Positions 28,178 through 38,273 of a DNA stretch of 64,000 bases are shown here, in pieces; positions within the stretch are counted from its first letter, which is position 1, and the number at the start of each line of letters is the position of its first letter. Source of the DNA: Patescibacteria group bacterium (GTDB lineage Bacteria; Patescibacteriota; Minisyncoccia; UBA6257; GWB1-50-10); contig JAMCYI010000013.1 of the NCBI GenBank assembly GCA_023474215.1, positions 16,168 through 80,167 of the forward strand. The letters run 5' to 3'. The translations under genes were made by a program, and so were the position numbers. The notes under the pieces were generated by a model, which did no database searches, had not been told where the DNA came from, and worked only from the letters and a program-made list of their open reading frames with translations.

Positions 28178-29107
28178 ATGCGACAATATCTCGATTTGCT
28201 CCGCGACGTCATGGAGCACGGTACGAAAAAAGGCGACCGGACGGGAACGGGAACCGTTTCGATATTCGGACGGCAAATCCGCTTCGATCTCAGCGAAGGT
28301 TTCCCCGCAGTGACGACAAAGAAATTATATTTGAAAGGAGTGATCCACGAGTTGCTTTGGCTCCTCATGGGAGAAACGAACATTCAATATCTCGTGAAAA
28401 ATGACGTGAAGATTTGGAACGAGTGGGCTTTTGAGGTCTATCTCGCGAAAAATAATCTGCGGGAACAGTACCCCCGCTACTCGGAAGCTTGGCAGAAAAA
28501 AATGGGGGAGTTCGTCGATCAAATAAAGACCGATGACGCGTTTGCGAAAGAGTGGGGTGAGCTCGGCCCCATTTACGGAAAACAATGGAGAAGATGGCGG
28601 GGGCCGAACGGCGAAGAAATCGACCAAATTGCGAACGTCATCGATCTTATTAAAAACGACCCGACCTCTCGAAGGATCATCGTGAGCGGCTGGAACGTAG
28701 GGGAAATCCAGGAACTGGTGCGAAACCATCACTCGGCGCCGCCGCCGTGCCACACGCTTTTCCAATTCATCGTCGTCGATGGCAAACTTTCCTGCCAATT
28801 ATACCAGCGAAGCGCCGATCTTTTCCTTGGCGTACCGTTCAATATCGCATCGTATGCGCTTCTGACGATGATGATCGCTCAAACGACCGGACTCAAGCCG
28901 GGCGAATTCATTCACACGTTCGGCGACGCGCATATCTATTTGAACCACCTCGATCAAGTGAAAGAACAACTTTCGAGAACTCCGCGCCCGCTGCCGGAAA
29001 TGAAGATCAATCCGAACGTAAAATCGATCTTCGATTTCAAATACGAGGACTTCGAACTCGTCGGGTACGACCCATATCCGGCCATCAAGGCACCTATTTC
29101 GGTATAA
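28178..29107 (+). CDS. thyA: thymidylate synthase ThyA
   Basis: [38 protein letters not shown]. Confidence 0.98.
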   Translation: MRQYLDLLRDVMEHGTKKGDRTGTGTVSIFGRQIRFDLSEGFPAVTTKKLYLKGVIHELLWLLMGETNIQYLVKNDVKIWNEWAFEVYLAKNNLREQYPRYSEAWQKKMGEFVDQIKTDDAFAKEWGELGPIYGKQWRRWRGPNGEEIDQIANVIDLIKNDPTSRRIIVSGWNVGEIQELVRNHHSAPPPCHTLFQFIVVDGKLSCQLYQRSADLFLGVPFNIASYALLTMMIAQTTGLKPGEFIHTFGDAHIYLNHLDQVKEQLSRTPRPLPEMKINPNVKSIFDFKYEDFELVGYDPYPAIKAPISV

Positions 29108-29116
29108 GCGAACCTC

Positions 29117-29620
29117 ATGACCATTTCTCTCATTGCGGCGGTTGCAAAAAACGGCGTCATCGGCAACGCCGGAAAGATCCCATGGCACCTCCCCAATGAC
29201 ATGAAGCATTTTCGGGAGATCACATTGAACCATCCGGTGATCATGGGGCGGAAAACATACGAATCGATCGGAAAACCGCTCCCGGGACGGAACAACATCA
29301 TCGTCACCCGCCAAGAGGATTATGAAGCGCCGGAATGCGCGGTGGTGCATACGCTCGAAGATGCGCTCAAAGCGGCGCGGCAAGAGGGGGCCGAAGAAGC
29401 ATTCGTCATCGGCGGGTCGGAGCTTTACCGGGAGGCAATGCCCGTTGCGGACCGCCTTTATATCACGGCAATCGGCGAAAATTTCGAGGGGGACGCTCTC
29501 TTTCCCGAAATAAATTCCTTCGAGTGGAAGAAAATATCCGAAGAAAAGGGGACTGTCGACGAAAAAAATCGTCATCCTCACACTTTCCTCATATTCGAAA
29601 GGAAGGAAAAAGGAAATTGA
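29117..29620 (+). CDS. folA: dihydrofolate reductase
   Basis: IPWHLPNDMKHF, MGRKTYESIGKPLPGR, IGG, GDALFP. Confidence 0.97.
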   Translation: MTISLIAAVAKNGVIGNAGKIPWHLPNDMKHFREITLNHPVIMGRKTYESIGKPLPGRNNIIVTRQEDYEAPECAVVHTLEDALKAARQEGAEEAFVIGGSELYREAMPVADRLYITAIGENFEGDALFPEINSFEWKKISEEKGTVDEKNRHPHTFLIFERKEKGN

Positions 29621-29653
29621 TTCCGGTTATATTTGTGGTATGATAGAAGTATT

Positions 29654-30208
29654 ATGACGCCATCAACCATCATCGCAATCGTCGTCGCTCTCGTCGTTTT
29701 ATGGCTTATTTTCGCCTTCAATGGCCTCGTGCGGAAGAAAAACCGCGTTCAGGAAGCATGGTCCGACATCGAAGTGCAGCTGAAACGCCGATATGATTTG
29801 ATCCCGAATCTCGTCGAGACGGTGAAGGGATATGCAACGCACGAAAGAACGGTTTTGGAAGACGTCACGAACGCACGCGTTGCTGCAATGGGAGCAGTCG
29901 ACCCGAAAGCGAAACTTCAAGCGAACGATCAGTTGTCGAATACTTTGAAATCGCTTTTTGCTGTTGCAGAAAACTATCCGAACCTCAAGGCCAACGAGAA
30001 CTTTGCGAAACTGCAGGACGAGCTGACCGACACGGAAGACAAGATCCAAGCGGCGCGGAGGTTCTATAACGCGAATGTCCGCGACTTCAATACCTCGATC
30101 CAGGTGTTCCCGACAAATTTGATCGCCGGGACGTTCCATTTCACGAAGCAAGAGCTTTTCGACGTTGACAACCCGGCAGAACGGGAACCGGTCAAGGTCC
30201 AGTTTTAG
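29654..30208 (+). CDS. lemA: LemA family protein
   Basis: WSDIEVQLKRRYDLIPNLV, ENYPNLKA, ARRFYN. Confidence 0.95.
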   Translation: MTPSTIIAIVVALVVLWLIFAFNGLVRKKNRVQEAWSDIEVQLKRRYDLIPNLVETVKGYATHERTVLEDVTNARVAAMGAVDPKAKLQANDQLSNTLKSLFAVAENYPNLKANENFAKLQDELTDTEDKIQAARRFYNANVRDFNTSIQVFPTNLIAGTFHFTKQELFDVDNPAEREPVKVQF

Positions 30209-30213
30209 CACCA

Positions 30214-31125
30214 ATGAAAACACTGTATACGGAAGCGTCATCCAACGTGCGGAAGACGTGGGCGCTCATGACGGGCGTCTTCGTTTTGATCATTGCTCTC
30301 GGCTGGATCTTTTCGCAGGTCTATGACTCGCCGGGCATTCTTGTCTTCGCCGTCGCTTTAAGCATTGTGCTGAACGTCACGAGCTATTGGTACTCCGACA
30401 AGATCGTTCTTGCAACAACCGGCGCGAAACAGATCCAAAAGAGCGACAATCCGGAGCTTTGGCGGATCGTCGAAAATCTCTCCATTGCTTCCGGCCTGCC
30501 GATGCCAAAGCTCTTCATTGTTCCGACCGGAGCGCCGAATGCCTTTGCGACCGGACGCGATAAAGAGCATGCATCCGTCGCCGTCACGGCCGGCCTTCTC
30601 CAGATCATGGATAAAGACGAATTGGAAGGCGTATTGGCGCATGAGCTTTCCCACGTGGGAAACAAGGATATGTTGGTTTCGACCGTCGTCGTGGTCCTCG
30701 TGGGAACGATTTCTCTTCTTGCGGATTTTTTCCTGAGGATGAGCTTTTGGGGCGGAGGGCGGAGAAACGACCGGGAAGGAAACGGCAATCTTATGTTCTT
30801 TCTGGGGATCGTGGGAGCGATCCTTGCGCCGATCGCCGCAACCTTGATCCAGCTTGCCATATCGCGAAAGCGCGAATCCTTGGCCGATGCTTCGGGAGCG
30901 CTCCTGACGCGCTATCCTGAGGGTCTCGCGAGCGCGCTCGAGAAGATAGAACAAAATCCGTCTCCGACCGCCGGCGCAAGTTCCGCAACCGCCCATCTTT
31001 ATTTCACGAATCCTTTCAAAGCGGATGCGGGGAATGAAAAGAAAACGCCGTTTTTCGTCAAACTGTTCATGACGCACCCTCCGATCGAGGAACGGATCAA
31101 AAAATTAAGGGCAATGTCTTTATGA
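30214..31125 (+). CDS. htpX: M48 zinc metalloprotease HtpX
   Basis: PNAFATG, HELSH, SRKRESLAD, THPP. Confidence 0.95.
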   Translation: MKTLYTEASSNVRKTWALMTGVFVLIIALGWIFSQVYDSPGILVFAVALSIVLNVTSYWYSDKIVLATTGAKQIQKSDNPELWRIVENLSIASGLPMPKLFIVPTGAPNAFATGRDKEHASVAVTAGLLQIMDKDELEGVLAHELSHVGNKDMLVSTVVVVLVGTISLLADFFLRMSFWGGGRRNDREGNGNLMFFLGIVGAILAPIAATLIQLAISRKRESLADASGALLTRYPEGLASALEKIEQNPSPTAGASSATAHLYFTNPFKADAGNEKKTPFFVKLFMTHPPIEERIKKLRAMSL

Positions 31126-31814
31126 AATATCAATTCGGCAAAATCGTGGTCATTTCGCTCGGCGGATCGATCGTCTATCCAAAAGACATCGATCTTCTTT
31201 TTTTGAAGGATTTCAAAAAACTCATCGAACGGGAGATCAGAAAAGGGAGGAAATTCGTCGTCGTGATCGGCGGCGGACACTTGGCCCGCATCTTCCAGCA
31301 GGCGGCGGAGCACATGGGTCAAGTCACCGACGAAGACAAAGACTGGATCGGCATCCATGCAACGCGCTTGAACGCACAGCTCCTTCGGACCGTTTTTAAG
31401 AAAATTGCCGACCCGATCGTTTTCGATCAGCGGAAGAAAATAACGAAGCTCACGCATCCGGTGACCATTGCTTCCGGCTGGCGACCCGGCTGGTCGACGG
31501 ATTTCGTGGCTGCGGCGATCGCAAAAGATTTGGGCGTCGGTGAATACCTGGAGGTAGGGAAGCCCGATCACGTTTACGACAAGGATCCCTCCGTTTACCG
31601 GGACGCAAAGCCATTCGAAATCATCAGTTGGGAAGATTATCGGCGACTCATTCCGCGGAAATGGGTCCCCGGGTCCCATTCTCCGGTCGACCCCATTGCT
31701 GCCAAACTTTCGAGCAATGCGGGGATACGATCGATCGTCCTCGACGGGAGGGATCTGAAAAATTTTCAAAATCTCCTCGGAGGAAGGGATTTCAGGGGAA
31801 CGATCATTCAATGA
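31122..31814 (+). CDS. pyrH: UMP kinase (archaeal-type)
   Basis: VISLGGS, GGGHLAR, DWIGIHATRLNAQLL, GWRPGWSTD. Confidence 0.9.
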   Translation: MKYQFGKIVVISLGGSIVYPKDIDLLFLKDFKKLIEREIRKGRKFVVVIGGGHLARIFQQAAEHMGQVTDEDKDWIGIHATRLNAQLLRTVFKKIADPIVFDQRKKITKLTHPVTIASGWRPGWSTDFVAAAIAKDLGVGEYLEVGKPDHVYDKDPSVYRDAKPFEIISWEDYRRLIPRKWVPGSHSPVDPIAAKLSSNAGIRSIVLDGRDLKNFQNLLGGRDFRGTIIQ

Positions 31815-32200
31815 ACCAAACGGACCGCCACATACAAATCGTCCTTGTTCTCCTCGTCCTTGTTCTCCTCGTCCTCGTGATGACCTTCATCAAGGAATAT
31901 GAAGGCGTGAAAAAACTCGAAACGCTGGGTCCGCACGACGTTTTCACGAATATTTTGAATCACCGCGGCCCCTTTACCGCGAACGACGTTCAGCTTATCC
32001 AGGGCTGGATGACGTTCGATTATGTGAATAAGATATTCGGACTTCCGTCGAACGAGCTTGAAATGAGCCTCAATATAACCGACGTTTCGTATCCGCGGGA
32101 AACGCTCGCGAGGTATGCCGAACGGCATCGCGTGAACACCGCCGCATTTGTCGATGAAGTTCAAAACGCAGTTCGCGGATTTTTAACCAAGACACAATAG
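31811..32200 (+). CDS. membrane-anchored hypothetical protein
   Basis: N-terminal TM; 'IQGWMTFDYVN' motif; ATGA overlap with pyrH. Confidence 0.7.
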   Translation: MNQTDRHIQIVLVLLVLVLLVLVMTFIKEYEGVKKLETLGPHDVFTNILNHRGPFTANDVQLIQGWMTFDYVNKIFGLPSNELEMSLNITDVSYPRETLARYAERHRVNTAAFVDEVQNAVRGFLTKTQ

Positions 32201-32201
32201 A

Positions 32202-32816
32202 ATGACGTCCATCGTGAGTTTCCTCCTTTCCTCCCTTTTACTGTACAAATATGCCGCGCTCTTTGTTATCAGCTTCTTGGCGGCCATTATCGTGCCGCTT
32301 CCCGTTACCGAAGTCATGCTTGGCATCGGCGCCTTTGTCGGCCAAGGCTATTTTAACTTTTGGGGTTCACTTGCGGCTGCGCACATCGCAAACGTCCTCG
32401 GCGATCTAGCCGACTACGCTTTTGCCAGACGATACGGCAGCGGCATCGTTCATAAGGTCAGGCTTGATCGATCCCGCTTTTTTGCCAAGATCGAGCAGGA
32501 AATGCAAACCCACGCGCGGTCGACGATCTTTATAACCCGCTTTGCCGGGGAATTGGGACCGCTCGTCAATTTCCTTTCAGGTGCCGCTGGCATACCGATC
32601 AAAAAATTCCTTATCTTCGATTTCGCCGGCAATCTCGCATACTATGTCGGCATTCTCTTGATCGGTCTTTGGGCCGGGAATTACTGGGAAAATTTCTCGG
32701 AACTTATGAGCCTCCTTATCAGCATCTTCGTGGTCCTTATCATCATAAAATGGCTTTGGCATATCTATCGGAGATTCAGAAACAACCGCAAGGAACGAAA
32801 GAAGGCTGCTCTTTAA
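32202..32816 (+). CDS. DedA family membrane protein
   Basis: PLPVTEVML, GD..DY..ARRYG, FITRF, SG...IPIKKF. Confidence 0.88.
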   Translation: MTSIVSFLLSSLLLYKYAALFVISFLAAIIVPLPVTEVMLGIGAFVGQGYFNFWGSLAAAHIANVLGDLADYAFARRYGSGIVHKVRLDRSRFFAKIEQEMQTHARSTIFITRFAGELGPLVNFLSGAAGIPIKKFLIFDFAGNLAYYVGILLIGLWAGNYWENFSELMSLLISIFVVLIIIKWLWHIYRRFRNNRKERKKAAL

Positions 32817-33637
32817 TCACAAGGATGATCGTCGGCAAGCTCGAGGATGACGGGATCGTGATCCGAAAGAGGGGGTTTCAAATATTCCGGTTCGTAGCGG
32901 ACAACCTGAAGGCCGACGGCGTCCGTATTTTTGACGAACACATAGTCGTATCGCTTGGGAAATCGAATCCGGTTCAGCCAGTTATCCACATAGCGATTGT
33001 CCGGACGGTAGGTCGGCTCGGAATCGGATTTGCGCCCGCAAACGGAAGGAACGAGGAATCCCGTGAGCTTGAAGAGTTCGGCAAACTCATGCTCCCGGAT
33101 CATATAATTTTCGTTGAAATCTCCGGCAATGATCGTGGGCAGCTGATCATGGTTGGTTCGCCGGAGCATGTTTGCCGTTTGACGCAATCGTATCTTCCGG
33201 CTGAAGAAGAGCGTTTCTTGGTGCATATGGGTGTTCACCACTTTGAGATTTCCGCGGGGAGTTTTACAAATCACCTCGAGAAACCCCTTTCGCCCGAGTG
33301 CTTCCGTTATCGCCGAATTCAAGAATCGATTATAAGGGACGAAGCGGCTGTAAAGAATGGGGAATTTCGAAAGAATGACGAGCCCTCCCGTAACATCGAA
33401 AAGCTTGAAAAATAAAATGCGGCGATGATCTTTGGTGTTGCCGGCAATATGATATCGGTCCTTCAATGCATCGCAGAGAAACGCGCGATGGTAAATGTCG
33501 AATGATTCTTGAAGGCAAATGACGTCGGCGTCGGAATTTTTGAGATACTGCACAATGCCGGCAATCCTTTTCTTTCGGTCCTTGATGAACCAAAACGGCA
33601 GATCCCAAATATTGAAGGTGATCACTTTCATGCGCAT
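32813..33637 (-). CDS. endonuclease/exonuclease/phosphatase family protein (sphingomyelinase-like)
   Basis: TFNIW, DVICLQE, GLVILSKFPI, NTHM, AGDFN, DYVF, SDHDPV. Confidence 0.9.
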   Translation of the reverse strand: MRMKVITFNIWDLPFWFIKDRKKRIAGIVQYLKNSDADVICLQESFDIYHRAFLCDALKDRYHIAGNTKDHRRILFFKLFDVTGGLVILSKFPILYSRFVPYNRFLNSAITEALGRKGFLEVICKTPRGNLKVVNTHMHQETLFFSRKIRLRQTANMLRRTNHDQLPTIIAGDFNENYMIREHEFAELFKLTGFLVPSVCGRKSDSEPTYRPDNRYVDNWLNRIRFPKRYDYVFVKNTDAVGLQVVRYEPEYLKPPLSDHDPVILELADDHPCD

Positions 33638-33706
33638 GTCACTTTATGGTAGGGGATGGATATGGTTGAGTCAATCCATTTCCGATGATACAATACATCT
33701 CGCGAT

Positions 33707-33794
33707 GGAGGGGTCGCATAGTGGCCTAGTGCGCACGCTTGGAAAGCGTGTATACCGCAAGGTATCGAGGGTTCGAATCCCTCCCCCTCCGCCA
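33707..33794 (+). tRNA. tRNA-Ser(GGA)
   Basis: GGAGGGG/CCCCTCC acceptor stem, CACGC-TTGGAAA-GCGTG anticodon arm, long variable arm, encoded CCA. Confidence 0.96.
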
Positions 33795-33997
33795 ATGCAA
33801 AGCAGTATGCCTTTATGGTATGCTGCTTTGCATTAATGGGAGAGATTCGAACGGAACTTTCGCGCCTGCGGGGTAGGATGAAGCGAAAGTCCGTGGCTTC
33901 GGAGGAGTAATTTCCGTGAAATTGCGGGGGAGAAGGAATCCCTCCCCCTCCGCAAAATAACAGCGCGTCAGCGCTGTTTCATTTTGCGAGGGGGGAG
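33794..33997 (+). repeat. tRNA-Ser 3' trailer with inverted and direct copies of the tRNA 3' end (element E)
   Basis: 18-bp hairpin 33794-33834; inverted T-arm copy GGGAGAGATTCGAAC 33838-33852; exact 18-nt direct repeat GAATCCCTCCCCCTCCGC at 33775-33792 and 33936-33953. Confidence 0.8.
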
Positions 33998-34033
33998 CAA
34001 GACAAATCACAAAAATTGTGATACATTGACGAT

Positions 34034-35002
34034 ATGAGTACAAAAAAGAACATTGCCGCCGTTATTGTTCTCGTCCTCGTCGCGATCGGCGTTGGTTATG
34101 CGCTCGCACATCCGCACAATCAGCCGAGTTCGTCAACGCAATCATCCTCGACAACTGAGATGTCTGTCGGCCAGCCCATCGCAACGGCTTCGTATGTTTG
34201 CGACGGGGGAAAGACGATCGATGCGAAGTTCTATCAAGGGCAGACAAAGCCGCCCGCGGGACCGAATGAACCCCCGACGCCGGGCGGAAGCGCGGAGATT
34301 TCCCTGAGCGACGGTCGAACGATGACGCTCCAGCAAACGCTTTCGGCAGACGGTGCCCGATATTCCAACGGGAATCCCATGATCCAAGGCAACGAAACTT
34401 TCGTCTTTTGGAGCAAGGGGAATGGCGCCTTCGTTCTCGAGAACGGCCAGCAGCAAACCTATAGCGGCTGCATCGCGGTTGTTCCGGATCCGGGCAATTT
34501 GCCGCAGGTGTACGAGAGCGGTTCGAACGGCTTCTCGATCAGATATCCGGCGGGATACACCGTGAATCCGAATTTCCAATATCAGGAACTGGGACCGGGC
34601 AAGGGAATTTCCGGAGTATCGTTCACGATACCGACGTCAACCGCCGCGGGGACCAACCTCGCTCCGGATTCGTACGTGAGCGTCGAGGAAATCCCGCAGG
34701 CACAAGCATGCAGCGCGGACCTTTTTCTCCCGCCGAATTCGATGAGCGGAGTACTCGGCGTCACGACCACAACGGAGAATGGGGTAACATATTCGGTTGC
34801 TTCATCAACGGGTGCCGGCGCGGGTAACCGATATGAAGAGGTCGCCTATGCGATTCCGGGAACCAATCCTTGCATCGCCGTGCATTACTTCATCCACTAC
34901 GGAGTGATTGAAAACTATCCGGCGGGGGCAGTGAAAGCCTTCGACCGACAATCGATCCTCGACCAGTTTGACGCGATCCGCAAAACGCTGACGATCCAAT
35001 AA
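34034..35002 (+). CDS. membrane-anchored MliC-domain protein
   Basis: N-terminal TM; YVCDGGKTI...LQQTLSADGARY...FWSKGNGAF (MliC/PliC pattern). Confidence 0.8.
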   Translation: MSTKKNIAAVIVLVLVAIGVGYALAHPHNQPSSSTQSSSTTEMSVGQPIATASYVCDGGKTIDAKFYQGQTKPPAGPNEPPTPGGSAEISLSDGRTMTLQQTLSADGARYSNGNPMIQGNETFVFWSKGNGAFVLENGQQQTYSGCIAVVPDPGNLPQVYESGSNGFSIRYPAGYTVNPNFQYQELGPGKGISGVSFTIPTSTAAGTNLAPDSYVSVEEIPQAQACSADLFLPPNSMSGVLGVTTTTENGVTYSVASSTGAGAGNRYEEVAYAIPGTNPCIAVHYFIHYGVIENYPAGAVKAFDRQSILDQFDAIRKTLTIQ

Positions 35003-35015
35003 CATCTTTCAAACC

Positions 35016-35810
35016 GTGGATATCATTACGGTAAAAAACCTCGTCAAAAAGTTCGGCGATCTTATCGCCGTGAACGACATTTCCTTCTCCGTGAAAAGAG
35101 GGGAGATTTTCGCGTTCCTGGGACCGAACGGAGCCGGAAAATCGACGACCATCAAAATGCTGACGACGATCCTCTCGCCCACGAGCGGAGAAATCCTTCT
35201 CGACGGCCACAACCCGACGCATGATGCGCTTCAAGCCCGCAAATCGTTCGGCATCGTTTTCCAAGATCCAAGCTTGGACGACGAACTCACGGCATACGAG
35301 AACATAGAATTTCACGGCGTTCTCTATGGCGTGCCGCGGGAAACGGGAAAAGAGCGGGCCGAGCAACTTTTAAAAATCGTTGAGTTGTGGGATCGAAAGG
35401 ATGAACTGGTCAAAAATTTCTCCGGTGGCATGAAGCGACGGCTCGAAATCGCGCGGGGACTCCTCCATCATCCGAAGATCTTATTCCTCGATGAACCGAC
35501 GCAAGGGTTGGATCCGCAAACCAGGAACCATATCTGGAGCTATATCCAAAATTTGAACAAAGAGGAGGAGATAACCATTTTCTTTACCACCCACTATATG
35601 GAAGAAGCGGAAAAAGTCGCCGGCCGCGTCGACGTGATCGATCACGGGCATATCGTCGCCGAAGGGACGCCGGAGGAATTGAAAAAGAAAACAAACGCAT
35701 CCTCTTTGGAAGAAGCGTTCCTATCGCTCACCGGGCACGACATTCGGGATGAAAGCGCGTCGGGTTCTGACCATATGCGGACGATGGGCCGTGCATGGGG
35801 GAGACATTAA
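35016..35810 (+). CDS. ABC-2 transporter ATP-binding protein (DrrA-like)
   Basis: GPNGAGKST, FSGGMKRR, LFLDEPT. Confidence 0.95.
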   Translation: MDIITVKNLVKKFGDLIAVNDISFSVKRGEIFAFLGPNGAGKSTTIKMLTTILSPTSGEILLDGHNPTHDALQARKSFGIVFQDPSLDDELTAYENIEFHGVLYGVPRETGKERAEQLLKIVELWDRKDELVKNFSGGMKRRLEIARGLLHHPKILFLDEPTQGLDPQTRNHIWSYIQNLNKEEEITIFFTTHYMEEAEKVAGRVDVIDHGHIVAEGTPEELKKKTNASSLEEAFLSLTGHDIRDESASGSDHMRTMGRAWGRH

Positions 35811-35817
35811 GACAAAT

Positions 35818-36570
35818 ATGCGGGCAATTTACATCATTTGGCTCCGACAATTGAAGCGGTATCTGCGTTCCAAATCGAGGATCGTCGGTTCTCTCGGTCA
35901 GCCGCTTTTATTCCTCGTCGCGCTCGGCTTCGGCCTGGGACCAATTTTCCAGAAAGCCGGCGGCGGCAACTATCTGGATTTCCTCGCACCGGGCGTCATT
36001 GCCATGGGCATCCTCTTTACAGCGCTCTTCTCGGGGGTTGAAATCATCTGGGACCGGCAGTTCGGCTTCCTGAAGGAAACGCTCGTTGCTCCGGTGTCGC
36101 GTTTGAAAATCATGATCGGGCGGACCTTGGGTGGCGCAACCGTCGCCATGATTCAAGGGGTGGTCGTCTTCATTTTGGCGTTCCTCGTGGGCTTCAGACC
36201 GGGGTATCTCACGTTCGGCACGTTTCTCCTGGCACTCATTTTTATGTTCCTCATCGCGGTACTCTTCACGGCCCTTGGCACAGCAATTGCCTCCCAGCTG
36301 GATGATATGCAGGGGTTCCAGCTTATCATGAACTTCGTCGTTATGCCGCTCTTTTTCCTTTCCGGAGCTCTTTTTCCCACGGAAGGCCTGCCGAGCGGGA
36401 TCGCACTCATCGTGAAGATCGACCCCTTGTCCTACGGAGTCGATGGCCTGCGGCACGCCTTGACAGGCATCGCAAGTTTCGGCTTCGGAACGGACCTTGC
36501 GGTCCTTGCCGGCATAACCGCCCTCCTCGTCGTTTTGGGGAGTTATCTTTTCTCAAAGATACAGATATAG
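35818..36570 (+). CDS. ABC-2 transporter permease
   Basis: YLDFLAPG, DRQFGFLKETLVAPVSR, FLSGALFP, PLSYGVD. Confidence 0.93.
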   Translation: MRAIYIIWLRQLKRYLRSKSRIVGSLGQPLLFLVALGFGLGPIFQKAGGGNYLDFLAPGVIAMGILFTALFSGVEIIWDRQFGFLKETLVAPVSRLKIMIGRTLGGATVAMIQGVVVFILAFLVGFRPGYLTFGTFLLALIFMFLIAVLFTALGTAIASQLDDMQGFQLIMNFVVMPLFFLSGALFPTEGLPSGIALIVKIDPLSYGVDGLRHALTGIASFGFGTDLAVLAGITALLVVLGSYLFSKIQI

Positions 36571-36658
36571 AAACGCCAAAGAGGAGGGGTGGGGATAAAA
36601 AAGTTGTAAAAAAAGGGATTTTACGTTAAAATATCTCCGGTTTTGCTTTTGACCACTT

Positions 36659-37402
36659 ATGGGTATAGGAGATGAAATTTCACTAAAAGCCGAACACCTT
36701 TTCAGCATGGGGGGGTTTCCGGTCACCAACACGTTGCTCTTGAGCTTCGTTGCGGTCATCTTTTTTGTAGTCTTCGGGCTTTCCTTTAGGAGCAAAATAA
36801 AGGTGGTTCCGGGGAAATTTCAAGCATTTTTCGAGTGGATTCTGGACGAGATTTTGAACTTGATGGAAAACGTTCTGGGAAGCAGAGCGGCGGCGGAGAA
36901 ATATTTATCGCTCGTCGCTTCGATCTTCTTCTTTGTTCTAATCTCAAACTGGTTGGGGATCCTTCCCGGTTTGAGCTCTGTCGGCCTTAAGGAAGGCAAC
37001 ATCATCGTCCCGTTCTTCCGGTCGCCAGCGAGCGATCTCAATTTCACGCTCGCTTTGGCGATCGTATCGGTAGTTGCAACGAACATCATTGCCATTCGAT
37101 CGCTCGGTATAAGAATTCACTTGAAAAAATTCTTCAATTTTCAAAATCCTATCAAGTTCTTCGTTGGCATTTTAGAGCTCGTCTCGGAATTCGCGAAAAT
37201 CGTCTCTTTTTCATTCCGGTTGTTCGGAAATGTCTTTGCCGGGGAAGTACTCCTCATCACCATCGGAGCCCTTGTCCCTTATTTCATTCCCATGCCTTTC
37301 CTCGTGATGGAGCTTTTTGTCGGCTTCATTCAAGCCTTCATCTTCGCGATGTTGACGATCGTCTTCATCGCGTCGGCGACCGCTCTCGAGGAAGGACATT
37401 AA
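36659..37402 (+). CDS. atpB: ATP synthase subunit a
   Basis: SFRLFGNVFAGE, FVGFIQAFIF. Confidence 0.96.
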   Translation: MGIGDEISLKAEHLFSMGGFPVTNTLLLSFVAVIFFVVFGLSFRSKIKVVPGKFQAFFEWILDEILNLMENVLGSRAAAEKYLSLVASIFFFVLISNWLGILPGLSSVGLKEGNIIVPFFRSPASDLNFTLALAIVSVVATNIIAIRSLGIRIHLKKFFNFQNPIKFFVGILELVSEFAKIVSFSFRLFGNVFAGEVLLITIGALVPYFIPMPFLVMELFVGFIQAFIFAMLTIVFIASATALEEGH

Positions 37403-37434
37403 AGGTCGGGAAAAACAAAAATAAAATCATCACC

Positions 37435-37662
37435 ATGGATTTATCAAGCATTAAGTTGATCGCAGTCGCGGCCGCCATCGCCATCGGCGTCTTGGGCCCC
37501 GCACTTGCCATCGGAAAGATTGGATCGAGTTCGGCTGAAGCGATCGGGAGGAATCCCGAAGCGGCCCCGAAGATCCAGACCGCCATGATTTTGGCCATCG
37601 CGTTCGCGGAAGCCGTTGCCATTTATACGCTCGTCGTAGCGCTTATCATCAAATTCACTTAA
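37435..37662 (+). CDS. atpE: ATP synthase subunit c
   Basis: GRNPEA loop, AFAEAVAIY. Confidence 0.96.
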   Translation: MDLSSIKLIAVAAAIAIGVLGPALAIGKIGSSSAEAIGRNPEAAPKIQTAMILAIAFAEAVAIYTLVVALIIKFT

Positions 37663-37764
37663 AATAATGCGAATATGACGCAACTCTATGCGAATGCCGC
37701 GAAAAATATTTGTATCATTCGTATTGATTCGTAGATTGGCATTATTAAGTTAGCGAAGATAACT

Positions 37765-38271
37765 ATGCAATCGTTAATCCAAAATTTCGGGATAAACTGG
37801 GAGGTTCTCGCGAGCCAAGTTTTCAATTTTCTCGTGATTTTCGGCGTCATTGCCTTCCTGGTCTACAAACCGCTCGCGAAGAGTATTGCCGAGCGACGAA
37901 AGAAGATCCAGGAAGGATTGGACAAAGAAGAAGAAGCTTCCCGCCGCCTGACGGAGATCGGCACTTTGGAAAGCGAAACGTTGAAAAAGGCGGAAGAGAA
38001 AGCCGTCGACCTCATCTCCCGAGCGGAAAAGAAGGCAAAGGAGGAGGAGGCGAAAATCCTGAAAGAAACTGAGGAGCGGGAGCAAGAAATGAAAGAAAAA
38101 AATCTCGAGGCGATCCAGGAAGCGAAAGACAAATCGATAAAAGAAGCACAATCGGAATTGGCAACGCTCGCGAAAGAAATCCTCGTGAAGACCGTGAAAG
38201 TCAATCCCCATGCGGTCGACGAGGCTCTCTTGAAACGGGTGGCCGATGAAGTCGTAAAAGGCGCTAAGTAA
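37765..38271 (+). CDS. atpF: ATP synthase subunit b
   Basis: QVFNFLV...YKPL...ERRKKI; operon position. Confidence 0.92.
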   Translation: MQSLIQNFGINWEVLASQVFNFLVIFGVIAFLVYKPLAKSIAERRKKIQEGLDKEEEASRRLTEIGTLESETLKKAEEKAVDLISRAEKKAKEEEAKILKETEEREQEMKEKNLEAIQEAKDKSIKEAQSELATLAKEILVKTVKVNPHAVDEALLKRVADEVVKGAK

Positions 38272-38273
38272 CC

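Noticed and set aside
31841-31878. Tandem GTCCTTGTTCTCCTC repeat
   Set aside because: Encodes the Val/Leu run of a transmembrane helix; ordinary coding low complexity.
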